Shown: positions 27,501 through 36,204 of the stretch, one piece after another | Numbering within the stretch: position 1 is the stretch's first letter | Layout of the letters: each line of letters opens with the position of its first letter | Origin: Eutreptiella sp. 'Long Island Sound 2002' | Taxonomy: Eukaryota > Protista > Euglenida | Length of the DNA: 64,000 bases | NCBI GenBank assembly: GCA_964036045.1 | Contig: OZ038378.1 | Span: 176,328,001-176,392,000 of the forward strand | Reading direction: 5' to 3' | Translations under genes and position numbers: made by a program | Notes under the pieces: model-generated | Seen by the model: only the letters and a program-made list of their open reading frames with translations | What the model was told of the DNA's origin: nothing | Databases searched by the model: none

Positions 27501-30500
27501 AGAGGCCAAAGCACATCGCTTCTGCACACAGGATTTCAGGTTCGAATCCCAAGCATCGAAGGTTCTACTCAATCGCGGCCTCCGAACGCCCTCCTCTTTT
27601 TTCGCCATTCCCAACCGCCCTCCCCCCTCCCAAAGCTTGGGTTGGGGTGTTGGTATATAGTTCACTCCTGGACCCCCCCCCCCCCTCCCCCGCCCCCAAG
27701 CGTGACAGTTTACCACAGCGTCTGCGGGCGAGGAGCGGTGTCGGCTGCATCTGGACCACACAGTCCGGAGCATCTCCCCCCTGCTGCCTGGTTGACATCG
27801 ACATGCCTCTCCCCAGCACCGAGGCCAGAGCCCTGCCCAACGGCTCCTGAGTGCCAACATCCCCCCGGCAGCCCTTGACCACGGATGGGGTAGAGGGGGA
27901 GAGTCGCTGGTGGGTTGTTTCTAGAGTACCGGCAAAAGCGGCAACTAGCGTTTCTCGGGCAAGTACTGGCGGTAAGGATACGTTTGCAGTGCAGTGCGGG
28001 TCAGTTAAGAACGGCACTGAAGGGCCCCCTGCAGGGGCTCCGTGTCGGAGGTGGGGTATTTGTCCGGTTTGCGATTTTTATGCCTCGCATTCGCGAGTTT
28101 GAGGGGATGCATGCGCCTGTTGAGCCCATGCGTCCTTGACTACTGTCACTGCGCCGGTCGCCCGTGCGCAGGGCAGTGCACTGGTACTGAATGGGCACTG
28201 GTAAAGCGCCTTGACACTGTGCCCGGGCCACGGGGTCCGGATGCACTCTACCAAACGCCCACAGAAGCGCTGGGCATTATGAGGCGGCGAGGCGGTCCCG
28301 AAGCCCTGCGCCCCTCCGCAGGTTCAGCGCCGTGCAGCCGCTGGGGTGCCGCATCGAGGGCGACGGGGTCATGGCCGCGCACGCCGCCACGTTGGTGAGC
28401 GGGGTCGCTCTCCTCTGCCCCAACGTCCACGTCACGGCCCCGGGCCTACTCCGCATCTGCGTGTTCTTCGCCGGGGAAGCGGCGGAGTGCCGGTCGGACA
28501 GCGTGGCGGTCACGGTGCTCTACCCGACGATCGTGCGGGTCCGGCCGGCGTCCCGGTTCATCGGCGACGTCAGCCCCGTGAACGTCAGCGTGCGGAACTT
28601 CCTCCCGGACGACCGCGTGCGCTGCAGCTTCTCGCACAACCTTTCCACCGACGACTTGGGGGCCGACTCGGCAACCACGACCCCAACCCTCGTCCGTCAT
28701 CAGTTTGTCTTGTGCCCGGTCCCGATGGTGTCCGGGTCCCTGTTCTGGATCATCCGGCTCGCCTACACCGGCAGCGGCTACACTGAGACGTACGGCACAC
28801 TGGAGCTCATGCTGCCCGAGGTCTGTGCCATGTGGCTTTTGTCCCCCCCCCCCCCCGCCCTGTGCCCTTTGCCGTGCAGGACATTGCTGAGTGGCAACCC
28901 CCGCCCCCCCTACGTGCCATCCAACACTTAGTGCATAGGACTGTAGGTGTAGTGAACAAGCTTGACTCATCTGCCATCTTGTTTGCTACACAGTGAAAGG
29001 CGCCTACGACATGTCACCGAAGATCTCTTCTTCCATTGCGTTTGTCGTGTGACTTCCTTCTTTGCTCGCCAGCGCAGAGTCGTGCACACGCATCTGTTTT
29101 CCATGGCGTCGCCGGGGGGGGGGGTGGGGGGGGACAAAGTTTGTGTACCTCAAATCGGTCTCCAATTTCGGCCTCTCTAGTGAAGTCCATTTTCCCTGTT
29201 CTATTGTGGCGGGGGTGGGGGAGTTGGCCGTGGCTAGTCAGGCCCCAAATGACCCCCCGCCCCTTCTGTGTGGACCCCTCCTCCGTGTGGACCCGACGCA
29301 GTGAAACGGGGATAGTCCGGGGGCTCCGTTGGCACCACCGACCGAGGGAAAGGAAGGGTGTGTGCGGGGGTGAGGATAGGCCAGACCGGTAGATCAAGGG
29401 CACTCGGCGGTCATAGGCCGCTGGGCGCCGCCACCGAGGGAGGGAAAGGGTTCGAGGAAAGGACAAGGGTAAGCGGCGAGGGGCCAATAGGCGCCGCCAG
29501 CTTCAGACGGCAATCCATCCAGGCGTCATGTGCCGTGTGCCCTGTGCTTTGTGTTCTGTGCCAGGCGCCCGGCGCTGCGCCCGCCGTGTGCCCCATGCCT
29601 TACGTGCCCACGTTCTTCAGGTCCTGTCGATGGCGCCCACCGCCGTCTCGATCCTCGTCACAACCTCCGTCACCTTCACGATCCGCGGGTTCGGTGCGAC
29701 CAACCGCACGGTTTTGTGTGGCTTCAGCGGGGACAACGGGGAGACGCTGTACTGGGCGGGGGACGTGCACGGGCGCGAGGGCATGTCCCTGCCCGGCATC
29801 TCAAGGGTCAGCTGCCGCGCCCCGCGGCAGCTCGGGACGTACACGGTCCAGCTCCTCCTCTCGGCCCCCGTTGCGCTCCTCCCGGCGGCGGTCCCACTCC
29901 CATCGCTCGCCGTCTGCGACGGGGACTCGATCCCGGGCACGGACGGGTCTTGCCGGCGGTGTGCGCATGGGGTAGCGCGTGTGCCCTATCTGCAGTGCAA
30001 GGTCTGTTGGGTGCGGCATTTGGAGGTGAAAGGGGGAGGATGCCTCGGTGCGCCTGCTCAGCACGACAAAGGGGGGTTACGATTTCCGTGGCGTGCTGCA
30101 GTCTGCTGCTGTGTAGTGCCCGGTGCTGGCGGCCTGCCACCTGCTGCTCGCTGCCACATGAGCGTGCTGCGGCTGCTTGCGTTTGCTTGCTGCTTAGCCG
30201 GTGTTTCCTGCTTTGTTTTGGCTTGTGATGGGCAGAAAAGTACAGGGGGGGGGGGGGGTTCGCGGCGGGAAATTTTCGCCATGGGATATTTCGCAGCGGG
30301 TTTATTTCGCAGTCCTGAATTTGCTGTGGGAAATTTTGCACCCACATGCTGTGAGCTGACCTTTGGTTGGTGGTGGTTGCTGTTATTTGCTGATGCTTTG
30401 CAGTTGAGTCCTAGAGGGTTGTTGTTCCTTCCTGATGAGTTGCTGGTTGCTGGTTGTTGTTACTTCATGGTGGTGGTTGTTATTTCCTGGTCGTTGCTGG

Positions 30501-31409
30501 TGTTTTCTGATGCATTGCTGTTACCGTTCAATCCCTGCAAGGCGCAATACTCTGCACTCAGACCATTGAACAAAGGCTGCAATAAACAGTTGAAGAACTG
30601 TTTTAGATGGCTGCAATTGACAATTGCAGCTGAGAAAAGACTGGCTGGGGTGCACAAAAACAGTTGAAGAACTGTTCGAACACAGCACTCAGGCTATGCA
30701 CTGACAAGGGGCGCAAAAGGACTATATGGGCACAACAGACTTATGCTCAGGCAACTGTTGGACAAGACATTTTGCTAAACTTTGCAGCGGGTTTATTTCG
30801 CACAGCGGCCTGAAAATTATGTGGGAAATTTCGCACGAATTTGAAATGCGAAATATCCCACGGCGAAATATTCCCGCCGCGAAGTCCCCCCCCCGCCTGT
30901 ATTGCACGCGGCTGGTGACCGCGAGCACGAGGCACAGTCGTCCCAGGGCCAAAGGCCGGACTGAGCAGGGTCATGCCTCACCCTGGGCGACAGAACGGGC
31001 GCCCTGTAAGCTCCGGAATTACCAGTAGCTCAAGAATTTGTGGGCAGCTGCCATCCCATTTGGGATTCGCAGGGGCTAAGACAGCTCATTGGCCGGTCCA
31101 TCCGGTTTTAGAGCGGCCCTCTCCCTCCCACTGTGTCCTCATGCCACGCCATGCGCCACACTCCATCCCCATTCATTTTATCCCCACTCATTGGTGCCCC
31201 TTCATGGTGAGACCCTTGCCAGCATTAGCGTTGGCGTTGGCGTTCGCTGCATTTCTATCATCTGTGTGCCTTGATGATGGGAGAAGGAATCACACGGATG
31301 GACCGATGCCATGGTGGTGTTGTTGGCCACTTTATAGGCAACCTGCTGTTGAGCACCGTCCTCCTTCCCTCTGAGTGGTGGGTGTAAGTTCCTTTTTGTG
31401 TCTCTTTGC

Positions 31410-31493
<84 letters not shown>

Positions 31494-34400
31494 CGAGTCG
31501 TTTTGATCAGTGCCTGCCTGTCTGCGATCAACAGTGGGTTGGGTTCTCTTGATCACTGTCACGAAGTGTGTGTGTGTGTGTGTGTGTGGTTGTGTGATGG
31601 CCCACATGGCATTCACTGCTTTGTGGGGCATTGCATCGGTGCTGTGATTGTTTTGCACTGCTACCCCTTCGTCCCCTTGGTTACTGTCGGAGCTGTGGTG
31701 AGGGCACACGTATAGAGATGGACAGATCGGTGGCGGAAATCACAGCCACCCTACGCAGAGGAGCTCAGAGACCTTGACCCACGCAGGGTGATAGGACGAG
31801 AGATGGCAGTGATGACAGCGCCATGGGGGCCCAACCCACCCTGCCACTCTAAAGAGGTGGTGCGCACCTGCTCATCCCTGGGCACCGAGTTGTGGAGTGC
31901 CATGCCAGCGAATATGCTGCTTGGCACACTGGCAAGAACGCCAAGGACGCCACAAAAGACTCATACAAGCCAGAAAGCCGGGAGGAAGCGTGCGACCCTC
32001 AGCCCCAAGGGCTAGCGGGTTGGGTGCTGTGCAGATGTAGGACGCTAGGCTCGCGGCTAATGGGGGGCCCGAAGAGCGGGTCAGCTGATTAAGTTGGTAT
32101 TGGCTCCAAGCTGCGCAATGCAGCACTGCAGCAAAAGGAGACGCGCCGGCCACACTTATTCGGAGGCATGGGAGCCATGCTTCACAGGGACTCTCCATGG
32201 CCACGGACCCGAAAGCTGGAAACCCCCAACCGCTCGGATATGACCGGAGTCTCCGGCAACGTGCCTGACCCACAGGCCCCCACTGGTTACCCTCCCCCCA
32301 TATGTGAGACAGACACACACAACCACTCCCCCATCCACACAAACACACGGCAGCCCGCGTCAAGTCTCCTGCCTCTCCGTTCATCTCTCTCTCAGAATTC
32401 CGTGCTGCTGTCGTGGCTGGTCCCAGCCATTAGCGTCGTCGGTTTTCTCGTGATAACTGGCGCCGCTTGCGTGATCCACCGCTGGACGATCCGCTCGCGC
32501 GTCCTGCGGTCGGTGCCCGGCGGCGGCGAGCCCGGCATCGACGTCACGCTCGTGTTCACCGACATTCAGGACAGCACGCGGCTGTGGGACGGGCACCTCG
32601 ACGCAATGCAGAAGTCGTTACAGCTGCACAACCACACCGTGCGGGCCCTCATCGCGCAGTGCCACGGGTACGAGGTCAAGATCATCGGCGATGCTTTCAT
32701 GGTGTGTTGTGTGCGTATGGGACTCGGTAGTGGAGGTGCAGGTGTGCGGCGGGTACGGCGGGAGCACTGACCTCACTGTGCATTGTGTGCACCAGGGGGG
32801 GGGGGGGGCGTTACCGGGTGCCAGGGCAACCCCTGCTCAACCGGCATCAGGTGGGGGGTGTCTCCCGCAGCCCAGATGGGCTGTTTGCGTAACATGAGCG
32901 GGAGCCCATCAGGGGCAGACCAGCCGTGAGGGGGAAAAGGACATATGGTGGACGGCCCACGGGGGGGCGGCCGGGCCCGGTCCTTGTATGCGACACCCCC
33001 CAGCCCCCCCCCCCCCCCCGGGTTTTGAAAGATAGTGGTGCCGGGTCGGCCACCAACAAGTGTCCCTAGAGAAAACTGTCCCGCGCCGAAGGCGCCAATT
33101 TTTTTTTTCATACTATGTGTTTATACTTAAAATACTCAAAATTTTGTAGAGAATTCATATTTGTGTTAAAACAACAAGAAAAAATTTTGACCTGAAGGAG
33201 GGCTACAGGAGGGCCCCGGCAGGACCCCCCCCCCCGACCCCTGGCAGGACCCCCCCCCCGACCCCCGGCTGGACCCCCCCCCTCCCCCCAACACCCCCCC
33301 AAGTTTTGACAGATCGCTGGGGGGGGTGTCGCATCAGGACCAGTTGTAGTCGCCCCCCCGTGGGACGGCCGGGACAGCGCGTGGAGGAACAGGGCACCTG
33401 GGCCTCACGCACACAGAAACACAGCGAGGCAGGCTACGGACGGCCTGGACAGAGGCGCGTGGACAGCAAAAACAGTCAAACGACCCCGGCAACAACCAGC
33501 ACATCCTCAATACGCCAACTATTGGGCGCCGCTGACGCGCAAACGGCACATACTGCCACATTCAGCACAGCCCCAACACACCAACTACTGGGCTCCGCGA
33601 ACTCGGAAACGACACCAGCAGGAGCACCGGCCGCAGCGGCCGACAGAAAGCAGCAACCGGACGCAACATGCGAAGGGAAGAACGGGTGACCGTCCAGGGC
33701 CCCGTAAAGGAGCAACAACCAGACGGAATGTCACACAGGGGGGCAAGTGTTCGAGGCATGGGGGCACAGGGCAGGAGGGGCTGTTTTGTAGGTGGACTAG
33801 CCCGCAGTCGCACGAAATTTCTGGTGGCAAGACATCGCTGATGGGCCCTCTTCCGCAACACAAATTGCTGTCTTGTGACATGCCATCGGGTGTTGAAGCA
33901 GGGCCGCCGTCTCCTGCTCCTGGACGCTGATTGACATCTTTTACATGTTTGCTGTCTTGCCCCTCACAACCGCCAAAGAAGTGCAAAACACCTGGTGTCT
34001 TCGCAGAGCCTCCGTTTGTTCCCCGATGCGATTCGGTGATTGACACCGGGCTCGGTTTTGGAGGCGCCCACATTTTCCCCTGTCAACAGAGACCGTCAAT
34101 GGCCTCGCTCTTCCCCTCCCCATATTGCAGGGTTCCGCAGCGCCCTGCGGATCACCTACCCACCCAGCCCCTTTCCTGTCACGCACCCACCCCCCAAACC
34201 TACGCCCATGGGGCGGAGCATTGCAGTGCGCTGGGGCCGACAACATCATTATAGCTCTTTGCGTGCTTTTCGGAGGTTGATGGTTGTCCGCTTTTTTTTT
34301 CATTTACCGTGAGTGGCCTGAGTGGCCGACAGCCCCCAATTGTGTGCAGTCAAAATGCCGAGAATTTCACAGGGCGTATGCCAAAACAAAAAACCAGTGG

Positions 34401-36204
34401 GACATTTCTGAACGCACCCACCCACCCCCAAGACCGCGAATGTTGGGTCCAGAACTACACCCAAACGCCCTCCTGTAGCAGCGCCTTTGTCCAGGCAACG
34501 CACGGTGCTAAATCTACCATTTTGCGTCATTTTGCCATTGCTGAGGCCAAAGCGTGGCGGGGGCAGTGCGACTGTGGATGGTTGTGGTTGCGGAAGCTTG
34601 TGAAGGATGGCTGTGGGTTGTTGGGCCAGGGTTGTTGAGGATTTCAGTAGCTGGTACAAGATGGCGCAAGGTTGAAGACAAGAGGCGGCATCAGGAGCAG
34701 TGCAGGGGAGGGGGGGGGGTGAGGTCCGCAATTTTTTTTGCAGTTTTTCGCGATTTTTCCGCAATTGCTTTTTGCTTGTCCCCCTCGCGCGCTTGTTGGT
34801 GCCCTGTGTGTCCCCTGTGCAGAGCTGTTGCACTTTGAGGCTTCCGGAGGTTTGGTTACGGCACCACAAGTTTTCCGCAATTTTTTCGCAATTGGATTTG
34901 GCAACCGCAACCCCCCCCCCCCCCCGGCCCTGATCAGTGGATAAGCAGGACACCAATGATCCCTGCCTCCCTCTGTGAGCGTGTCGCGGGCCCCCTCTGC
35001 ACAGGTCTGCTTCCCCCACGTGGACGACGCCATGGCCTTCATGGCCCGCGTCCAGAGCGAGTTCCTGGAGCTCGACTGGCCCGAGGACATCCTCGAGGCC
35101 GACAGCTGCCGCACGCAGCTCGACGGCTGGGGGCGGAAGGTCTGGCGGGGGCCGCGCGTGCGCATGGGCGCCCACGTCGGGCCCGCCGACGTCGAGTACC
35201 AGCCGCACCTGCGGCGCGTCGACTACTTCGGCCCGACGGTGAACTGCGCCGCGCGGATCCAGGGCAAGGCTCACGGGGGGCAGTGCCTGATCAGCGGCGC
35301 CATGGCGGCGGACTGCGACCCGCAGCTGCAGCCGCAGCTGCAGGCGCTGGGCAACTTCCAGCTCAAGGGCATCCAGGACCTCGTCCCCGTGTTCGAGTTC
35401 GCGACGGTGGCCGGGCGCACGTTCGCCCCCATCGACGCCGGGCCTGGCGGCGCGGAGGAGGAGCCGCAGCCGCTGTGCGAGCAGACGTGCGGGACGTGCT
35501 TCCGGCCCCTCCAGTGCCGGGCCTGCAAGCCCTTCTCGCCGCGCGGGTCCTACGGGTCCCCCGGGGTCCAGTCGCCGCGGCACGTGCCGGAGTCCATGAG
35601 CCCCCGCTCCCGAAACTCCGGCGTCCGGTCGCAGGAGCCCCCCCCGGGCAGCCCCGGGCACCCCAGCGGGCGGGAGGAGGCGGGGATGCCGGTGCACCGG
35701 ACGCCGAGCTGGCTGCGCAACTTCGGCCGGATCGGGAACAAGCTGACGTCGAGCTGGACGACGGGGAAGGACGACGAGCGGGACACCGGGGCCGAGTACC
35801 ACGGGCCCAAGAACGTGGGCTCCACCCTCAGTCTCCTGCCGGGGCAGATGAACGCGGAGAGCGGCGGCGAGAGCGACCTCGAGAGGGCGCAGGACGCGGC
35901 GGGGGCGGAGTCCTCGACGGCCGCGGCGGCGCGGCGGCACCCCTCGTCGGTGGGCAGCTCCAGTGCCCCGCCCCTCAGACACTCGCTCATCCAATTGGAT
36001 GCGGACGGCAGGAGGATCTCGGTGGCGACGACGACCGGGACGGCGTCCGACGCGGCAACACCGACGCTGCTGCTTGGCCCGGTCCGGGCCAACGGGACGG
36101 ACAGTGCGCCGGCGCCCTCCGGTGGGGAGCGGAGGCCGCGGGTCCCGCCACTGCCCCTCAAGCCCCTGTTTGACGCGGACGGTGCTCAGAGTTCCAGCGG
36201 GTGA
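1267..36204 (+). CDS. Multi-exon receptor-type class III adenylate cyclase (about 2322 aa): signal peptide-CUB-EGF-LamG-Link/CTL-like-LamG-EGF-propeller-like/C-type lectin-IPT/TIG repeats-TM-cyclase-CxxC-disordered tail
   Basis: Exons 1267-1683, 6531-6700, 7878-8043, 8714-8826, 12059-12359, 13908-15002, 15897-16382, 19679-20806, 26715-27421, 28322-28820, 29621-30001, 32396-32701, 35005-36204 join through 12 GT..AG introns with matching phases (6969 nt, one open frame). Domain motifs run across the junctions, e.g. SEGPQ|VTLRFD, SCAK|CLNGW, PANG|SWTLDLWV, CAK|GYFGPFC, HGHG|FSAV, GDAFM|VCF. Small extra exons cannot be excluded. Confidence 0.88.
1885..2225 (+). repeat. Dispersed repeat, copy 1 (translates as KNSQTTP...RQLLGAADAQTAHTAT...EGKNG)
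   Basis: Visibly alignable with 33422-33750 (gtggacagcaaaaacagtcaaacgacccc...gcgaagggaagaacgggtgac...cagacggaatgtcacacag). Confidence 0.85.
2309..2378 (+). pseudogene. Degenerate tRNA-like/SINE head
   Basis: A-box-like cctagtggta, and B-box-like ggttcaaagcc about 35 nt downstream. No intact cloverleaf. Confidence 0.3.
2658..3398. mobile_element. Non-autonomous element with imperfect terminal inverted repeats, copy 1
   Basis: The left about 200 bp and right about 100 bp align with 17980-18716. The ends carry gggggcgc...gcactgc..cta.ttt in inverted orientation. Confidence 0.55.
3971..5470 (+). mobile_element. Decayed non-LTR retrotransposon 3' fragment (zf-RVT-like region then RNase H1)
   Basis: VWKKLTVGCRL...CPLDRAQETMEH (zf-RVT-like); IVYPDGS...QTNIRGELRAAL...ICPDCQLVVDG...HL*...HVPSHIGIWGNEKADQVA (RNase H). 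Frameshifted, with an in-frame TGA at 5322. Confidence 0.8.
6531..6700 (+). CDS. Cyclase exon 2: end of CUB domain and start of EGF
   Basis: acaag|GTC VTLRFDAPVGFTG...CKPGWLGAECDQLCCLHGVCD. Donor gtatgc, phase 2. Confidence 0.85.
7878..8043 (+). CDS. Cyclase exon 3: EGF end and linker
   Basis: tttgcag|G completes K, then CLNGWMGPTCD. Donor GAG|gtactg. Confidence 0.8.
8714..8826 (+). CDS. Cyclase exon 4: start of LamG domain 1
   Basis: cgttgcag|GAC DGIFHFSS...ALLFARSAAAKIAVPGLFKPANG. Its phase 0 start and phase 2 end bridge exons 3 and 5. Confidence 0.7.
10940..11900. repeat. Degenerate minisatellite of ccc(c)tgaacactgtgccc-type units
   Basis: Dozens of recurrences of cactgtgccc / ccccctgaa / ccccctgac motifs at short irregular spacing. 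Confidence 0.8.
12059..12359 (+). CDS. Cyclase exon 5: LamG/concanavalin A-like domain 1
   Basis: SWTLDLWV...WCHVVLTW...VSLFIDG. An alternative in-phase acceptor at 12010 is possible. Confidence 0.85.
13908..15002 (+). CDS. Cyclase exon 6: LamG1 end, Link/C-type-lectin-like Cys module, LamG2 start
   Basis: LELG...FGGSLRDVRVW; ACATMNARLCTLAQL...GC.LD...W...RCCAE; FSVGAWVRY. Confidence 0.85.
15897..16382 (+). CDS. Cyclase exon 7: LamG2 end and EGF domains
   Basis: WYHIVAV...LRLYVNG...LQGSFADVRAY; CSGHGTC...CHCDPPYRGRRC; GYWQGKGCPTCAK. Confidence 0.9.
17980..18716. mobile_element. Non-autonomous element with imperfect terminal inverted repeats, copy 2
   Basis: Shares ends with 2658-3398 (gcagtgcaactatttgggcgt...gagacccatactttgtga...; tttggaagggg...ctagtctaaaagtagc.cgcagtgc) but has a different core. 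Confidence 0.55.
19480..19548 (+). pseudogene. Degenerate tRNA-like/SINE head
   Basis: gtggctcatctg (A-box-like), agaggtc, ggttcgattcc (perfect B box). Stems are mismatched. Confidence 0.4.
19679..20806 (+). CDS. Cyclase exon 8: EGF end, beta-strand-rich (propeller-like) region, C-type lectin domain
   Basis: GYFGPFC; CASRGG...WLAAFQFEGRWYWDTGDPV...CLVL...DCGGSYHAVCY. GC-rich coding composition, AG/GT bounded. Confidence 0.88.
21526..21591. repeat. (CA)n microsatellite
   Basis: Directly visible, with one cgta interruption. Confidence 0.95.
22268..23323 (+). mobile_element. Decayed non-LTR retroelement fragment (RVT_3-like RNase H and CCHC-like knuckle)
   Basis: LVSCDGALMGNAMGGG...TLAEWYAKIVALHLL...LVLLVDA, then CHYCKTVVTHLRSHVLRHC. 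Broken by stops and frameshifts. Confidence 0.6.
24446..24500. repeat. (CA)n microsatellite
   Basis: Directly visible. A (CACT)n tract follows at about 24654-24695. Confidence 0.95.
26715..27421 (+). CDS. Cyclase exon 9: propeller-like region end and IPT/TIG domain
   Basis: VISVSPE...LTVHGVGFRPGMRCYIGG...NASTLHC; PRLTAVYP...FTIHGHG. Confidence 0.88.
27488..27557 (+). pseudogene. Degenerate tRNA-like/SINE head
   Basis: ggctcgagaggccaaagc resembles a Leu/Ser-type D arm; ggttcgaatccc is a B box. Stems are broken. Confidence 0.35.
28322..28820 (+). CDS. Cyclase exon 10: IPT/TIG domains
   Basis: (G)FSAVQPLGCRIEG...LLCP; PTIVRVRP...VRNF...VRCSF...FVLCPVP. Confidence 0.85.
29621..30001 (+). CDS. 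Cyclase exon 11: IPT/TIG domain and Cys-rich juxtamembrane segment
   Basis: VLSMAPT...FTIRGF...VLCGF...VSCRAP; CDGDSIPGTDGSCRRC. The 3' boundary is less certain. Confidence 0.78.
30243..30898. mobile_element. MITE with about 50-bp TIRs and TA target-site duplication (Tc1/mariner-pogo-like)
   Basis: ta|cagggg..ttcgcggcgggaaattttcgccatgggatatttcgca ... tgcgaaatatcccacggcgaaatattcccgccgcgaag..ccccgcctg|ta. Confidence 0.8.
31411..31492. repeat. (TG)n microsatellite
   Basis: About 80 bp pure TG run, with a shorter run at about 31566-31590. Confidence 0.97.
32396..32701 (+). CDS. Cyclase exon 12: transmembrane helix and N-half of cyclase domain
   Basis: WLVPAISVVGFLVITGAACVI (TM); VTLVFTDIQDSTRLW...GYEVKIIGDAFM. 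Confidence 0.93.
32957..33364. mobile_element. MITE-like element with imperfect TIRs of about 45 bp
   Basis: cccacgggggggcg...ggtcct..atgcgacaccccccagc versus gctgggggggtgtcgcatcaggacc...cgcccccccgtggg. Confidence 0.7.
33422..33750 (+). repeat. Dispersed repeat, copy 2 (KNSQTTP family)
   Basis: Alignable with 1885-2225. Confidence 0.85.
34703..34932. repeat. Dispersed repeat with poly-G/poly-C ends and internal (ttttccgcaa) units
   Basis: cagggg-polyG ... ccgcaattttt repeats ... polyC-ggccctg. Confidence 0.5.
35005..36204 (+). CDS. Cyclase exon 13: C-half of cyclase domain, CxxC motif, low-complexity tail, stop
   Basis: GPRVRMGAHVG...DYFGPTVNCAARIQ...GGQCLIS...LGNFQLKGI; TGA at 36202-36204. 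Confidence 0.93.
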   Translation, partial: VCFPHVDDAMAFMARVQSEFLELDWPEDILEADSCRTQLDGWGRKVWRGPRVRMGAHVGPADVEYQPHLRRVDYFGPTVNCAARIQGKAHGGQCLISGAMAADCDPQLQPQLQALGNFQLKGIQDLVPVFEFATVAGRTFAPIDAGPGGAEEEPQPLCEQTCGTCFRPLQCRACKPFSPRGSYGSPGVQSPRHVPESMSPRSRNSGVRSQEPPPGSPGHPSGREEAGMPVHRTPSWLRNFGRIGNKLTSSWTTGKDDERDTGAEYHGPKNVGSTLSLLPGQMNAESGGESDLERAQDAAGAESSTAAAARRHPSSVGSSSAPPLRHSLIQLDADGRRISVATTTGTASDAATPTLLLGPVRANGTDSAPAPSGGERRPRVPPLPLKPLFDADGAQSSSG

